Shown: positions 9,283-18,366 of the stretch, in pieces
Layout: the number at the start of each line of letters is the position of its first letter
Position numbering within the stretch: position 1 is the stretch's first letter
Assembly (NCBI GenBank): GCA_044356215.1
Contig: JBIKWQ010000032.1
Span: 1 to 34,220 of the forward strand
Length of the DNA: 34,220 bases
Direction: 5' to 3'
DNA from: Bdellovibrionota bacterium
Lineage (GTDB): Bacteria > Bdellovibrionota_C > UBA2361 > OMII01
Notes under the pieces: model-generated
What the model saw: only the letters and a program-made list of their open reading frames with translations
Told to the model about the DNA's origin: nothing
The model's database searches: none
Translations under genes and position numbers: made by a program

Positions 9283-9365
9283 AAGCGCCGCGAGCAGCGC
9301 CTCCATAGCGAGCTCTTACGGCTCTTCCCTAAAAATCCCTCCAAGCAAGCGCCGCGAGCAGCGCC
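9283..9365. repeat. Perfect 19-bp direct repeat AAGCGCCGCGAGCAGCGCC
   Basis: Copies at 9283-9301 (intergenic) and 9347-9365 (3' end of the SLC13 gene). Confidence 0.8.
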
Positions 9366-11737
9366 AACCCGGTCACCAACGTAAATGGCACTCCGATCCT
9401 GATAAAATCACGCGCTCGGTAACCTCCGGCGCCGGTGACTATCAGGTTTGATTTGCAGCTAGTGGGCAACATAAACGATAAAGAGCTTCCTAGTGTCAGC
9501 GCTATTAGGAAACCTGTTGGCGAACTGTGCGTGTACTTGGCCACCTCTAGCGCTACGGGCCCGAGAAAGATGACCCCAACTGAATTATCGATCGCCTGGC
9601 TGATAAAGCTTCCCGCCACCAAGAAAAACGCGGCTAGTACTATAGGCGGCACACTGTCAGCGATACCTCGCATAAGTGGCATAACGGTTCCTCCCCCCGC
9701 GACCTGCTCCACCGCGTGACCGAGTGGGATCACCAACGCCAACAGAAACACCACACGCCAATCGATCTCGCGGTATACCTGCTCCATTGTGATAGCGCCC
9801 GTGAAAACCACGAGACACGCAGCCAAGAAGGCGCTCTCATGCGGAGGCATCCCGGTCAAAACCGGAGCCAACATTAACATTAAGAGCGCCATGATCGAGA
9901 AGAGCGACTTCATCGACAACTTCGGGGTCTGGCGATGCTCTGATAACAACAGGAAATCAGGATCCTTGGCTAAGACCTGAAAATTTTTTCGCGGCCCCTG
10001 AATCAAGAGTGCGTCACCGTATAAAAGCGGGAGCGCTGACGAAAGTGACAACATCGGTTTTCCATCGCGCCAAAGGGCTAAAACCTGCGAGCCGTATTTC
10101 TCGCGGAAATGCAGATCGGCCAAAGTTTTTCCGATTAACTCCGAGCGCGGTGTAATAATTAACTCAACGATTCCAACATCCGGAGACTCGATCTCTGATG
10201 ACGCCGCCTCAGCCTCGAATGACAACGCGCTAAGCGCTTCTTTGCGGTGTGCCTCCTCCGGTGTGCCACTTACTAGATAGCGCTCTCCCTGTCTTAGGAC
10301 GTGGTCGGCGGTTAATCTGGGGAGGCTCTCCTCTCCCGCCACTCCAACTGTTGGCACATCGAACCACTCAATCGTTCCTGCGCTAGCTCCATCACTAGCT
10401 ACTCGTCCTAATATAGATAACTTGGTGTCGTGCGCTAAGCGGTGCAGCGGGGCTCCTGCCCAACCACCACTTTGAATCGATATAGTGAATAGATTCTCTC
10501 GCAGAACTGATTTTACATTTGGGATCTCAACAACATCTAGATCTAATAACGGCGAATCCTCGGTATACTTACCCGCTATGCAGCCGATAATCGTATCTCC
10601 TTTGTGCACCATTGAATCTAAGAACCAACTTGGAGGTCTAGATTCCCAGGCGTTATCGCGTGTCGCACGCTCGATAGAAAGAGGAACGATCCCCGTTGTC
10701 CTTAATAGCTCTCGAAGCAGCACAACGTGAGTATCGGTGTGAGTCTCGCGAATTGCGCACCTGACTACTTGAAAATTCCCCTCTACCGCGCTGATAACCG
10801 CGTCGGTTGGATCCTCTATAGTGAGGCCCTGTAGCGCCTGCACCTGAGTAAAGCGCTCAGGATTTCCGCGCACTAAAAGCACATCGCGCGCATGCAGCTT
10901 CTCTAACGCGGTTGGCGATAACAGCTTGCGCCCACCGCGAATGATCGTGACTACAACACCTCCGACAAAAGATCCGAAGCGCAGATCACCTAAGGTTTTG
11001 CCGTCAACTTTTGAGTGCTCAGGAACACGCACTGAGAAGATCCTATCCTGCAGATGATAAAGCGCTCGAAGGTCTGTGATTCTCTTGGTAACTCCGTGGG
11101 TCTTTCTAGCCGGCAGAAGGCGGTGGCCGAATATCACCATGAACGCGATTCCCGCAAATAGCGCGGCTAGCGCGTAAGGGGTGAATTCAAAAAACGAGAA
11201 TGGCGCTAAACCTCTGTGACGGAGCAGTTCCGCGGCCAAGATATTAGGCGGAGTTCCAATTACAGTTAACATTCCACCTAATGTCACGCCGAAAGCTAGC
11301 GGGATAAATAGTCTAGAGGGCGGGATATGAACTTCGTGCGATAGAACCGCCACCGCTGGCATCAATAGGGTCGCGGCTGATACGTTGTTCATGCACGAAG
11401 AAAGGAGCGCTGAGATAATCATAATTATCGCCACCGCTATCCTTTCGTTACTCCCCGAATAACGCTGAATAAATCGGGCTATCGCGTCGCTAACTCCGGT
11501 TACTCTTAGCGCCCCGGCGACAAAGAGGGTCGCCACCATCACAACCACTACTGGCGATGAAAACCCTGAGAAAGCATCCTCGGCGGTGACGTAGCCACCT
11601 AGAAGCAACGCGACCACAACCGCCATCGCGGTCACATCCACCGGAACTCTCTCTGTGACAAACATAAAGATCATCACAACAACGACCCCTAAGAGAGCCC
11701 AAGAATGGAGCGAGGCGCTAATTGTGGCGAGATCCAT
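9329..11737 (-). CDS. SLC13/CitMHS-like permease with TrkA-C (RCK_C) domains
   Basis: N-terminal TMs with ERVPVDVTAM, AFSGFSSP, MNNVSAAT and GGMLTVIGTPPNI; cytoplasmic TrkA-C repeats (SKVDGKTLGDL, SELIGKTLADLHFR); C-terminal GGYRARDFIRIG. Confidence 0.88.
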   Translation of the reverse strand: MDLATISASLHSWALLGVVVVMIFMFVTERVPVDVTAMAVVVALLLGGYVTAEDAFSGFSSPVVVVMVATLFVAGALRVTGVSDAIARFIQRYSGSNERIAVAIIMIISALLSSCMNNVSAATLLMPAVAVLSHEVHIPPSRLFIPLAFGVTLGGMLTVIGTPPNILAAELLRHRGLAPFSFFEFTPYALAALFAGIAFMVIFGHRLLPARKTHGVTKRITDLRALYHLQDRIFSVRVPEHSKVDGKTLGDLRFGSFVGGVVVTIIRGGRKLLSPTALEKLHARDVLLVRGNPERFTQVQALQGLTIEDPTDAVISAVEGNFQVVRCAIRETHTDTHVVLLRELLRTTGIVPLSIERATRDNAWESRPPSWFLDSMVHKGDTIIGCIAGKYTEDSPLLDLDVVEIPNVKSVLRENLFTISIQSGGWAGAPLHRLAHDTKLSILGRVASDGASAGTIEWFDVPTVGVAGEESLPRLTADHVLRQGERYLVSGTPEEAHRKEALSALSFEAEAASSEIESPDVGIVELIITPRSELIGKTLADLHFREKYGSQVLALWRDGKPMLSLSSALPLLYGDALLIQGPRKNFQVLAKDPDFLLLSEHRQTPKLSMKSLFSIMALLMLMLAPVLTGMPPHESAFLAACLVVFTGAITMEQVYREIDWRVVFLLALVIPLGHAVEQVAGGGTVMPLMRGIADSVPPIVLAAFFLVAGSFISQAIDNSVGVIFLGPVALEVAKYTHSSPTGFLIALTLGSSLSFMLPTSCKSNLIVTGAGGYRARDFIRIGVPFTLVTGLALLAALAWRDF

Positions 11738-11744
11738 GTGGGAA

Positions 11745-13361
11745 TTAACCTATAGAATAGAGATCATCAAAGATAGTCTTTCCCGCGCTAACAGCGACTC
11801 TATTATTAGCCGCTAAATGCCGTAGTATCTTAAAGATTGTCTCTGCTGATGAAGGATCGCCTAACTCTTTGGTTATCTGATCAACACTCATCTTCTGGCC
11901 GCGCTCGCCTAAAAGCGCCATCACTCGGCCTTGCGTATTTAACACCACAGCAGCGGCCTTCTTTCCCGCCTCAACACCCGGCTGATGGTAGGCGTTGATG
12001 TTAACTAGGCTCGCGTAAAACCCTACAGCCCGCTCAAAGAGAGCTATTAACATACCGACATAGTATTCACTCACCTCTGGGATCGTTACTGTGATACTCT
12101 CGCGCCCCTTCTCGTAGAGCGCCTGCCTCGTTCCAAGGTAAAAACCGGTTAGGTAGTCACCACTTGTAACTCCGGGCTCAACTTCTAACTTTTCGGGACT
12201 TAACTTCGCCGCCGGTCCCGCGGCGACCGTACGTGGCGAGCGATCCCCTAAAACCTCGATGAAGATCGCGAAGAAATTATGTATACCGTCGCGTAGCTGC
12301 TGCACGTAAGCGTGTTGATCGGTTGATCCCTTATTACCGTAAACAGCGAGTCCCTGATTCACCACCTCACCATTTAGATCGTGCTCTTTACCCAGACTCT
12401 CCATCACCAACTGTTGTAAGTAACGGCTAAACAGCTCAAGGCGATCTTTATACGGGAGGATCACCATATCTTTATTTCCCTTGCCGCATCCACAGTGGTA
12501 CCACGCCAGAGCCAAGGTAGCCGCGGGGTTCGACTTTGTGTCGTGCCTTCGGGTTAAATGATCCATATCTGCCGCGCCCTTTAGGAAGCCGTCCAGATCA
12601 AAACCTTGAAGCGCCATCGGTAGCAGCCCTACAGCGCTAAACTCACTGGTACGGCCGCCGACCCAGTCCCACATCGGAAACCTCTCGAGCCACCCTTCAG
12701 AAACCGCTGTTGTATCTAGCTCACTCCCCTCTCCCGTTACCGCGACGAAGTGCTTGCGATAATCTAAGCCCGCCACCTGAAAGGCCTGCTTGGCGATCAG
12801 TTGACCGTTTCTCGTCTCTTTAGTGCCACCAGATTTAGAGATCACCACCACTAATGTTGAAGCCAAATCATCGTTTGAGAAAATCACCTTTCCAAATCCA
12901 TCAGGATCGGTGTTATCGAAAAAGGAGATCTCGATCGGGTCATTAGCTGACGTTAACGCCTGCGAAACAAATTGCGGCCCTAATGCCGAACCACCTATCC
13001 CTACAACGATAAGCTTTTTGAACTTAAGCCCCGTACTTCCGACCAGTGCGCCGCTGTGAACCTGCTTCACAAAGCTCTTTATTTTGGCGAGCGTAGCGGT
13101 AATAGCCTGACGGAGATCTTCCGAAGGAGCCACCGCCGGGTTACGCAGCCAGTAATGCCCAACCATCCGTTTTTCGTCAGGATTGGATATAGCCCCACTC
13201 TCGAGCCTCTCCATCGCGGCGAAGGCCTGGCGAGCTTTTGCCTCAAGACGCTCTAGATAAGCGTTGTCGTAGTTTAGGCGGCTAGTATCGAGTGAAAATC
13301 CGCTCGCCTGGTCGATTATTAAACGCTCCTTAAAAAGCTCCCAACGCCCTGCCTCGCTCAT
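11745..13361 (-). CDS. pgi: Glucose-6-phosphate isomerase
   Basis: [48 protein letters not shown] and [12 protein letters not shown] motifs. Confidence 0.97.
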   Translation of the reverse strand: MSEAGRWELFKERLIIDQASGFSLDTSRLNYDNAYLERLEAKARQAFAAMERLESGAISNPDEKRMVGHYWLRNPAVAPSEDLRQAITATLAKIKSFVKQVHSGALVGSTGLKFKKLIVVGIGGSALGPQFVSQALTSANDPIEISFFDNTDPDGFGKVIFSNDDLASTLVVVISKSGGTKETRNGQLIAKQAFQVAGLDYRKHFVAVTGEGSELDTTAVSEGWLERFPMWDWVGGRTSEFSAVGLLPMALQGFDLDGFLKGAADMDHLTRRHDTKSNPAATLALAWYHCGCGKGNKDMVILPYKDRLELFSRYLQQLVMESLGKEHDLNGEVVNQGLAVYGNKGSTDQHAYVQQLRDGIHNFFAIFIEVLGDRSPRTVAAGPAAKLSPEKLEVEPGVTSGDYLTGFYLGTRQALYEKGRESITVTIPEVSEYYVGMLIALFERAVGFYASLVNINAYHQPGVEAGKKAAAVVLNTQGRVMALLGERGQKMSVDQITKELGDPSSAETIFKILRHLAANNRVAVSAGKTIFDDLYSIG

Positions 13362-13492
13362 TATCGCCCCCTCAACAAAAGTTCATGCGCACCCTATAGA
13401 CTATTACTAATTAAATCACTAAATTACAATTCGTAATGCTCTTAAGCTCGCTATTGGGTATAATAAGGGGAGTCCTCTCGAGAGAGCACACT

Positions 13493-13645
13493 TTGGGCGT
13501 CGCAGAGTTTTTGGTAGGCTGCTGGGATAATGGGGACAATAGTTTTTACCACAGAGGACACAGAGAAAACCCATAAATGCCCATAAAATGGCCGTTCTCC
13601 GTGTCCTCTGCGTCCTCTGTGGTGATAAATAACTGCGACGCCCTA
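13493..13645. mobile_element. MITE copy 4
   Basis: TTGGGCGTCGCAG...CTGCGACGCCCTA, flanked by a perfect 9-bp direct repeat GAGCACACT (13484-13492, 13646-13654). Confidence 0.85.
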
Positions 13646-13766
13646 GAGCACACTCTGGCGGTTTTCCGGCATAACCTAGGTTAGTGATAAATTAGAGCCG
13701 GTTAGCGGAGGATGTGTGAGTAGTGATAGTGGCTACCCCTCTTGGACAGGTGACAGGATCTTACTG

Positions 13767-14405
13767 ATGTTGAAAGAGAACTTAGTATTTCTTCGCGAAT
13801 TCTTACTCGAGTTTAAAACTACCGGGGCCTGCTTTCCGACCTCAAAGTGGGCCGCGCAAGCACTTATCACCCCGCTTCGTCGCCGCGACCGCCAGCCGAT
13901 GCGGGTGCTTGAACTCGGGCCGGGAACTGGCTCTGTAACTATCCCTCTGATAAGGGAGATGCGCGATGGCGATCACCTGACTATTTGCGAGATAAACCCG
14001 CGCTTTATGAAGGCGCTCAAAGAAACCCTCGAGCGTGAGGAGGCTTTTAGAGCGCGCAGACACCAGGTCGATTTCTTTGAGGGGGCAGCGCAAGATATCC
14101 CCGTGACTGATCCATACAACGTAATCGTCTGCGCTCTGCCATTCGTTAACTTCGATCTCGATACTGTAAAGGATATCTTCGCCAAGCTAAGACTCGTCAG
14201 CACCCCTGAGACACTGATGACTTATTATGAGTACATCGGAGCGCGCCGCATCAACCAAACCATCGGCGCCCAATCCAGGAAGGAGAGGATGCGAGATGTA
14301 AACGGATTCCTCCGCGAGTCAAAATCTATTCGCAACATAGACAAGACTCAGGTGTGGCTGAACGTTTTTCCGATTAATATATACACTATTAATCCGGCGG
14401 CTTAA
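13767..14405 (+). CDS. Phospholipid N-methyltransferase (PmtA-like class I SAM methyltransferase)
   Basis: FLREF...TGACFPTSKWAA, VLELGPGTGSVT, EINPRF and CALPFVNF motifs typical of the PmtA-like family. Start placed at ATG 13767 (ORF track starts at GTG 13716). Confidence 0.75.
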   Translation: MLKENLVFLREFLLEFKTTGACFPTSKWAAQALITPLRRRDRQPMRVLELGPGTGSVTIPLIREMRDGDHLTICEINPRFMKALKETLEREEAFRARRHQVDFFEGAAQDIPVTDPYNVIVCALPFVNFDLDTVKDIFAKLRLVSTPETLMTYYEYIGARRINQTIGAQSRKERMRDVNGFLRESKSIRNIDKTQVWLNVFPINIYTINPAA

Positions 14406-14412
14406 TAACCCC

Positions 14413-17298
14413 CTACCTAAACAACACCAACGCCTGATCCAATTCTTCCTCGGTAACTAGATCGATCTGGATATCAACACTTCGGCGATAAACAGGATAT
14501 GTTGGCCATGTTCCGACCCTGTCACGGATCTTTAGGGTCTTGGCCTTAACTCCTGCTATCACACGGGTATCATCAGCGTTTCTATCCCATGGTCGCGCAC
14601 CGGCATTTAACAACACGCGTGTATACGCATCCGTTGCGGCGATCGCCTCTGGACCTGAGAAGATCCTGGTCAAGGCGCGGTACTTCGACTCGACGTTCGA
14701 TATTTTAGGGGCGATTATATCCTTAATAAACAACCGTGATCCCGTTGGAGTGTTCTCGGAATAGATCCCGTATGCTGACGATAAACCACTCGGCCCAGGT
14801 CGATAGACGTTACCGATTAGGTCAAGGTATGTAGCTATATCCTTATTCTCTAGATCAGAGATATTGGTCGTATTCCACGATGAAGTACCACCCCAGCCGT
14901 AGACCACGTTGTTGATCATCTCACCTTGAGTGTTGTACTTCCACCTGATGTTACGATCGAAATTTGCAGCTATTAGATCTCCAACAAAGACTACATCTCT
15001 AGCACCCTCACTGATAAACACACCGTTACCTCGAGGGCCCGATGGATGAATTGAGTTTCTTAAGGCCTCAGAGATTATCGTGTCTTTTACAGTGATGTCC
15101 GAAACAGAGCCGCTCGTAACAAAGTTTCCATCCACTCCCCATGAGAGCGAGAGGTTGTTTAGCCTTACGTTTTTGGCGAGTAAGCCTTGAATAGTGATCG
15201 CTCGGCGAGCCGCTGGCTTAGTACCAGAACTCTCATCTCCCGGTCTGATAGCTAAGTGATCAAGACGGACATTTCCAGCCTGAATCGTAAAACCTCCGTT
15301 AGTGATCATTACTCCAGGAGCTGGCGCGGTCTGCCCGACTACTATCAGGTCCGGTGCGGATACAACTAGATCTGAAGCGAGCTTAATTCTTCCGGAGATC
15401 TCGAATACACACACACGCGGCAGAGTCTGAGCTACACACTCGCGTAGAGTTCCGGACCCAGAGTCGGAAAGCGATGTAACTTTAAAAATCCTGTAACGCT
15501 TAGCGCCTACAGTGGTCGGCGTAGGCGTAGCTGTAGCTAATGGCGTAGCTGTGTCTGGCACAGGAGTGCTAGTACTTGTCGCCACAGACGTAAAGGTAAA
15601 TGTCGGAGTCGCCGTGAATGTCGCGGTTGCGGTTGCAGTTGGCGGCACCGGTGTAAAGCTAGGGGTTGGTGTCCTAGTTGGGGGAGGTGTAGCGGTCGGT
15701 GTTGATGTAGCTGGCACCGAGGTAGGCGTCGCTGTTGCTGTCGGTGTGCTAATACCCCCTGCACCGGAGTCGCTTGTGAATGAAAAGATATAGTTCTCTA
15801 AATTGGTGTATCCGTTTGCCGCGATCACTAGAGGATTCGCGGGTATGTTAAAGGTACGGGTCGCGGCTGGTATTACAGACCACGCATCAATTGGGTTATT
15901 AGTATCTTTGATTGATCCGTCGATTAGAATTCTTCCAGGTGTTGGGCAAAATCCTGTACCACCAGTGCCAGTCTCGCAACAGGTGGCGGTGGTTGTGCAA
16001 TCCTTATGAGAACCAGAGTTATTCACCACCTCATTAATAATTCTAGCGTCATGAGGATACCGATTCCATGGCCGCGCTCCGATATCAGTCACCAGGCTGG
16101 ATAGAAGCGCATCAGGAGCGAGAAGATTGCTCGCAGCGTTTGAGAGTGGGAACGCTGGTGATGTGGCCTGCATCGAGGTTGGCAGACCCTTACCATTAGC
16201 GTTAGCTATTAACCATTCACTACCTGAATCAGTCGGTCGGGTATTAGTTCCGATGTTATGCGAGACATAAACTCGTGAAGCTAATGGGGTTAGGCTACTA
16301 AAAAAGAACACCGGTGATGTGGTATCAGCCGTCGTGGCGCCGCGCTTATAAAAGTTATTCATGAAATTAATACGATTGCCAGCGCCACTGGAGCTATAAT
16401 CCATATTCCACTGATTGTAGCCATTGGCTGACGTATTCGCGAAGTTATAGACGTAGTTGTTAACGAACTCGACATCGGAATTAGATTTCATCCTGATATG
16501 ACGGCCGTTTGAGTTGGCGACTAGATTTCTGTAATAGGTGAAGTTTTTGCAGTTTGAGCCTAGAAGGGAGAACATCGAGTGCTTTCCCTCTGTATCCCCG
16601 TGATTGGAGTTGTTAAGACCCTCCGCCACTAATGAATTCGAGATCGTTACATCTTTAATCGGAGTAGTCCCATCAGGCGTGCTGTTTACGCCAGTATAAG
16701 TTGAAAAAGACTCATCCATCCCCCAAGTGATCGAAACGTGATCGAAAACCACCCGCTCTACTGGATCACTTGAGCTAACTCCCCACACTCCCATACCATC
16801 CCGCTCACTAGCTTTAACGCCCGCACCACCATCTGTTGGTAGATTGCGATCTCCTGGGCGTGACGCGATGTGCTGGATCAAAACGTCATCAGCTTGAATT
16901 ACTATAGTTCCATCGCGCACCTGAACTCCTGGAGCTGGAGCTGTCTGACCAAATACAGAGAGATTTGGGTTCTTAACAACTATCTTAGTTAAGAGATTAA
17001 TATATCCAGCGACCTCAAATACGCAGGTACGCGGCCCACTCGCTATCATGCACGCGCGAAGAGAGCCTGTGCCGGAATCGTTTAAATTTGTGACTTTAAT
17101 AATCGACGTGCTCGAGGGAGAGGAACCGCGACCCGATCCAGCGACAGTTGTTGTGCCGAAACCCGCTGCTCCAGGAAATACCGGAAGGCTAGAGCTTTGC
17201 GCGAAGGCGCTACTATAAACAGATAAGAGAGAGGTTAACACCACTCCGAAAACTAGCGTCAGTATTCGTGCGGAGGTAGAAAAAGCGCCAAGTGACAT
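14413..17298 (-). CDS. Secreted tandem two-domain pectate-lyase-like (PL1-type beta-helix) protein with Pro/Thr linker
   Basis: Signal peptide (AFA-Q); VFPGAAGFG; two homologous starts KVTNLNDSGTGSLRAC / KVTSLSDSGSGTLREC, each followed by GQTAPAPGV; TP-rich linker at ~15512-15750. Confidence 0.85.
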   Translation of the reverse strand: MSLGAFSTSARILTLVFGVVLTSLLSVYSSAFAQSSSLPVFPGAAGFGTTTVAGSGRGSSPSSTSIIKVTNLNDSGTGSLRACMIASGPRTCVFEVAGYINLLTKIVVKNPNLSVFGQTAPAPGVQVRDGTIVIQADDVLIQHIASRPGDRNLPTDGGAGVKASERDGMGVWGVSSSDPVERVVFDHVSITWGMDESFSTYTGVNSTPDGTTPIKDVTISNSLVAEGLNNSNHGDTEGKHSMFSLLGSNCKNFTYYRNLVANSNGRHIRMKSNSDVEFVNNYVYNFANTSANGYNQWNMDYSSSGAGNRINFMNNFYKRGATTADTTSPVFFFSSLTPLASRVYVSHNIGTNTRPTDSGSEWLIANANGKGLPTSMQATSPAFPLSNAASNLLAPDALLSSLVTDIGARPWNRYPHDARIINEVVNNSGSHKDCTTTATCCETGTGGTGFCPTPGRILIDGSIKDTNNPIDAWSVIPAATRTFNIPANPLVIAANGYTNLENYIFSFTSDSGAGGISTPTATATPTSVPATSTPTATPPPTRTPTPSFTPVPPTATATATFTATPTFTFTSVATSTSTPVPDTATPLATATPTPTTVGAKRYRIFKVTSLSDSGSGTLRECVAQTLPRVCVFEISGRIKLASDLVVSAPDLIVVGQTAPAPGVMITNGGFTIQAGNVRLDHLAIRPGDESSGTKPAARRAITIQGLLAKNVRLNNLSLSWGVDGNFVTSGSVSDITVKDTIISEALRNSIHPSGPRGNGVFISEGARDVVFVGDLIAANFDRNIRWKYNTQGEMINNVVYGWGGTSSWNTTNISDLENKDIATYLDLIGNVYRPGPSGLSSAYGIYSENTPTGSRLFIKDIIAPKISNVESKYRALTRIFSGPEAIAATDAYTRVLLNAGARPWDRNADDTRVIAGVKAKTLKIRDRVGTWPTYPVYRRSVDIQIDLVTEEELDQALVLFR

Positions 17299-17320
17299 GC
17301 GAGAAGCTCCCGTTTAAATG

Positions 17321-17346
17321 GCCCCCCGCGATATCCCGCGGGGGGC
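17321..17346. terminator. GC-rich hairpin (terminator or attenuator-like) just upstream of the lyase RBS
   Basis: Perfect 10-bp stem GCCCCCCGCG/CGCGGGGGGC with a 6-nt loop; only a weak U tail (CAUUU) on the minus strand. Confidence 0.45.
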
Positions 17347-17410
17347 AAAAGAACCTAAAAAACCAAATGAAGAACCGAAAGGTAGCTATTAATTACTTCA
17401 AAAAGCGGGA

Positions 17411-17591
17411 ATTCACGGAGCTTGCGTGAGGCGCCGACCCATTCGTCACATTTGTGACGCGCCGAGGAGGTAGTGCTTTTCACAAGTCGCGGATTCCCTG
17501 GGGAGGTCTTCGTGATGATCGCAAGCGATCTCGCGCTACCTCCTTAATTGAAAATTAAGGTCATCGAATCGCGTGCGCCAGCTCTCTGAAT
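17411..17591 (+). ncRNA. Candidate structured ncRNA with 6S (SsrS)-like architecture
   Basis: ~181-nt rod: 17411-17422 pairs 17580-17591, 17423-17429 pairs 17569-17575, 17436-17439 pairs 17559-17562, then a central bubble, a 12-bp stem 17465-17476/17533-17544 and a branched apex. G-U pairs favour the + strand. Confidence 0.45.
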
Positions 17592-17771
17592 AATTTTGAT
17601 CGCTATGATCTACCGCAGAGAAAAATCCCAGCACCTGCTTGTAACATGCTCTGTGTCATATCAGCCTCTTAAATTTTCTTGAGCTCGCTTAAAACCGGAG
17701 AAAATCGGCCGTTTTGACAGATATTATTTTTAAAAAGGCTTTATGAAGTCGCGGGCTGTAGTGGGAGGAGA

Positions 17772-18351
17772 TAATCCTTATCCTAATCTTGCACCTCTCC
17801 TCCTCGTCTTCTTTCTTCTGCTCCCTCCTAATCCTGCACCTGCACCTATCTCCTCCTCTTCCTCTACCTAGAAATAAGTGAAATAAGCAAAGTTGAATCT
17901 CCGTGGCCCTCCGCGATCTAGATGTAGAAGTTATTCTAAGATAGTTCTACAGGCTCAAGGGAAGAGGAAACCACAGAGGAACACAGAGGGGGAATATAAT
18001 TTAATCGTGGCCTGGCTGACTCTTTGGGTTATAACCTCTGTGATCCTCTGTGTACCTCTGTGGTTTTCTCCCTATCCGTAACATCTAGAATGGAACCGCA
18101 GAGGAACACAGAGGATCACAGAGGCTAGGATTAAAGGAGCATCTTTCGGAGCGCGCCGCTCACGCGCCGCTTAGTGTGGGCTTGACCTAGGCTTGGTTAT
18201 CGCAGTTCCCCTGTAACAGCTATTCATCGCTCCGTGCCCCCTTACCTAAAAATAGCTTATTTGATGTAAACTCTATTTAGGGATTGACCGTGCAAGTGCA
18301 GGATGAGGAGAAGGATTAGGAAAAAAATGCAAAGCCTTTTTAGAGATTGCC
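17772..18351. repeat. Composite nested intergenic repeat element, copy B (inverted relative to copy A)
   Basis: 17878-18196 is the reverse complement of 319-637; homology continues to ~18242; terminal motif ATGTAAACTCTATTTAGGG at 18264-18282 is the reverse complement of 151-169. Confidence 0.9.
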
Positions 18352-18366
18352 CCTTAGGAGTTGATC

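Noticed and set aside
15512..15793. Val/Gly/Ala-rich + strand ORF
   Set aside because: Antisense shadow of the Pro/Thr linker.
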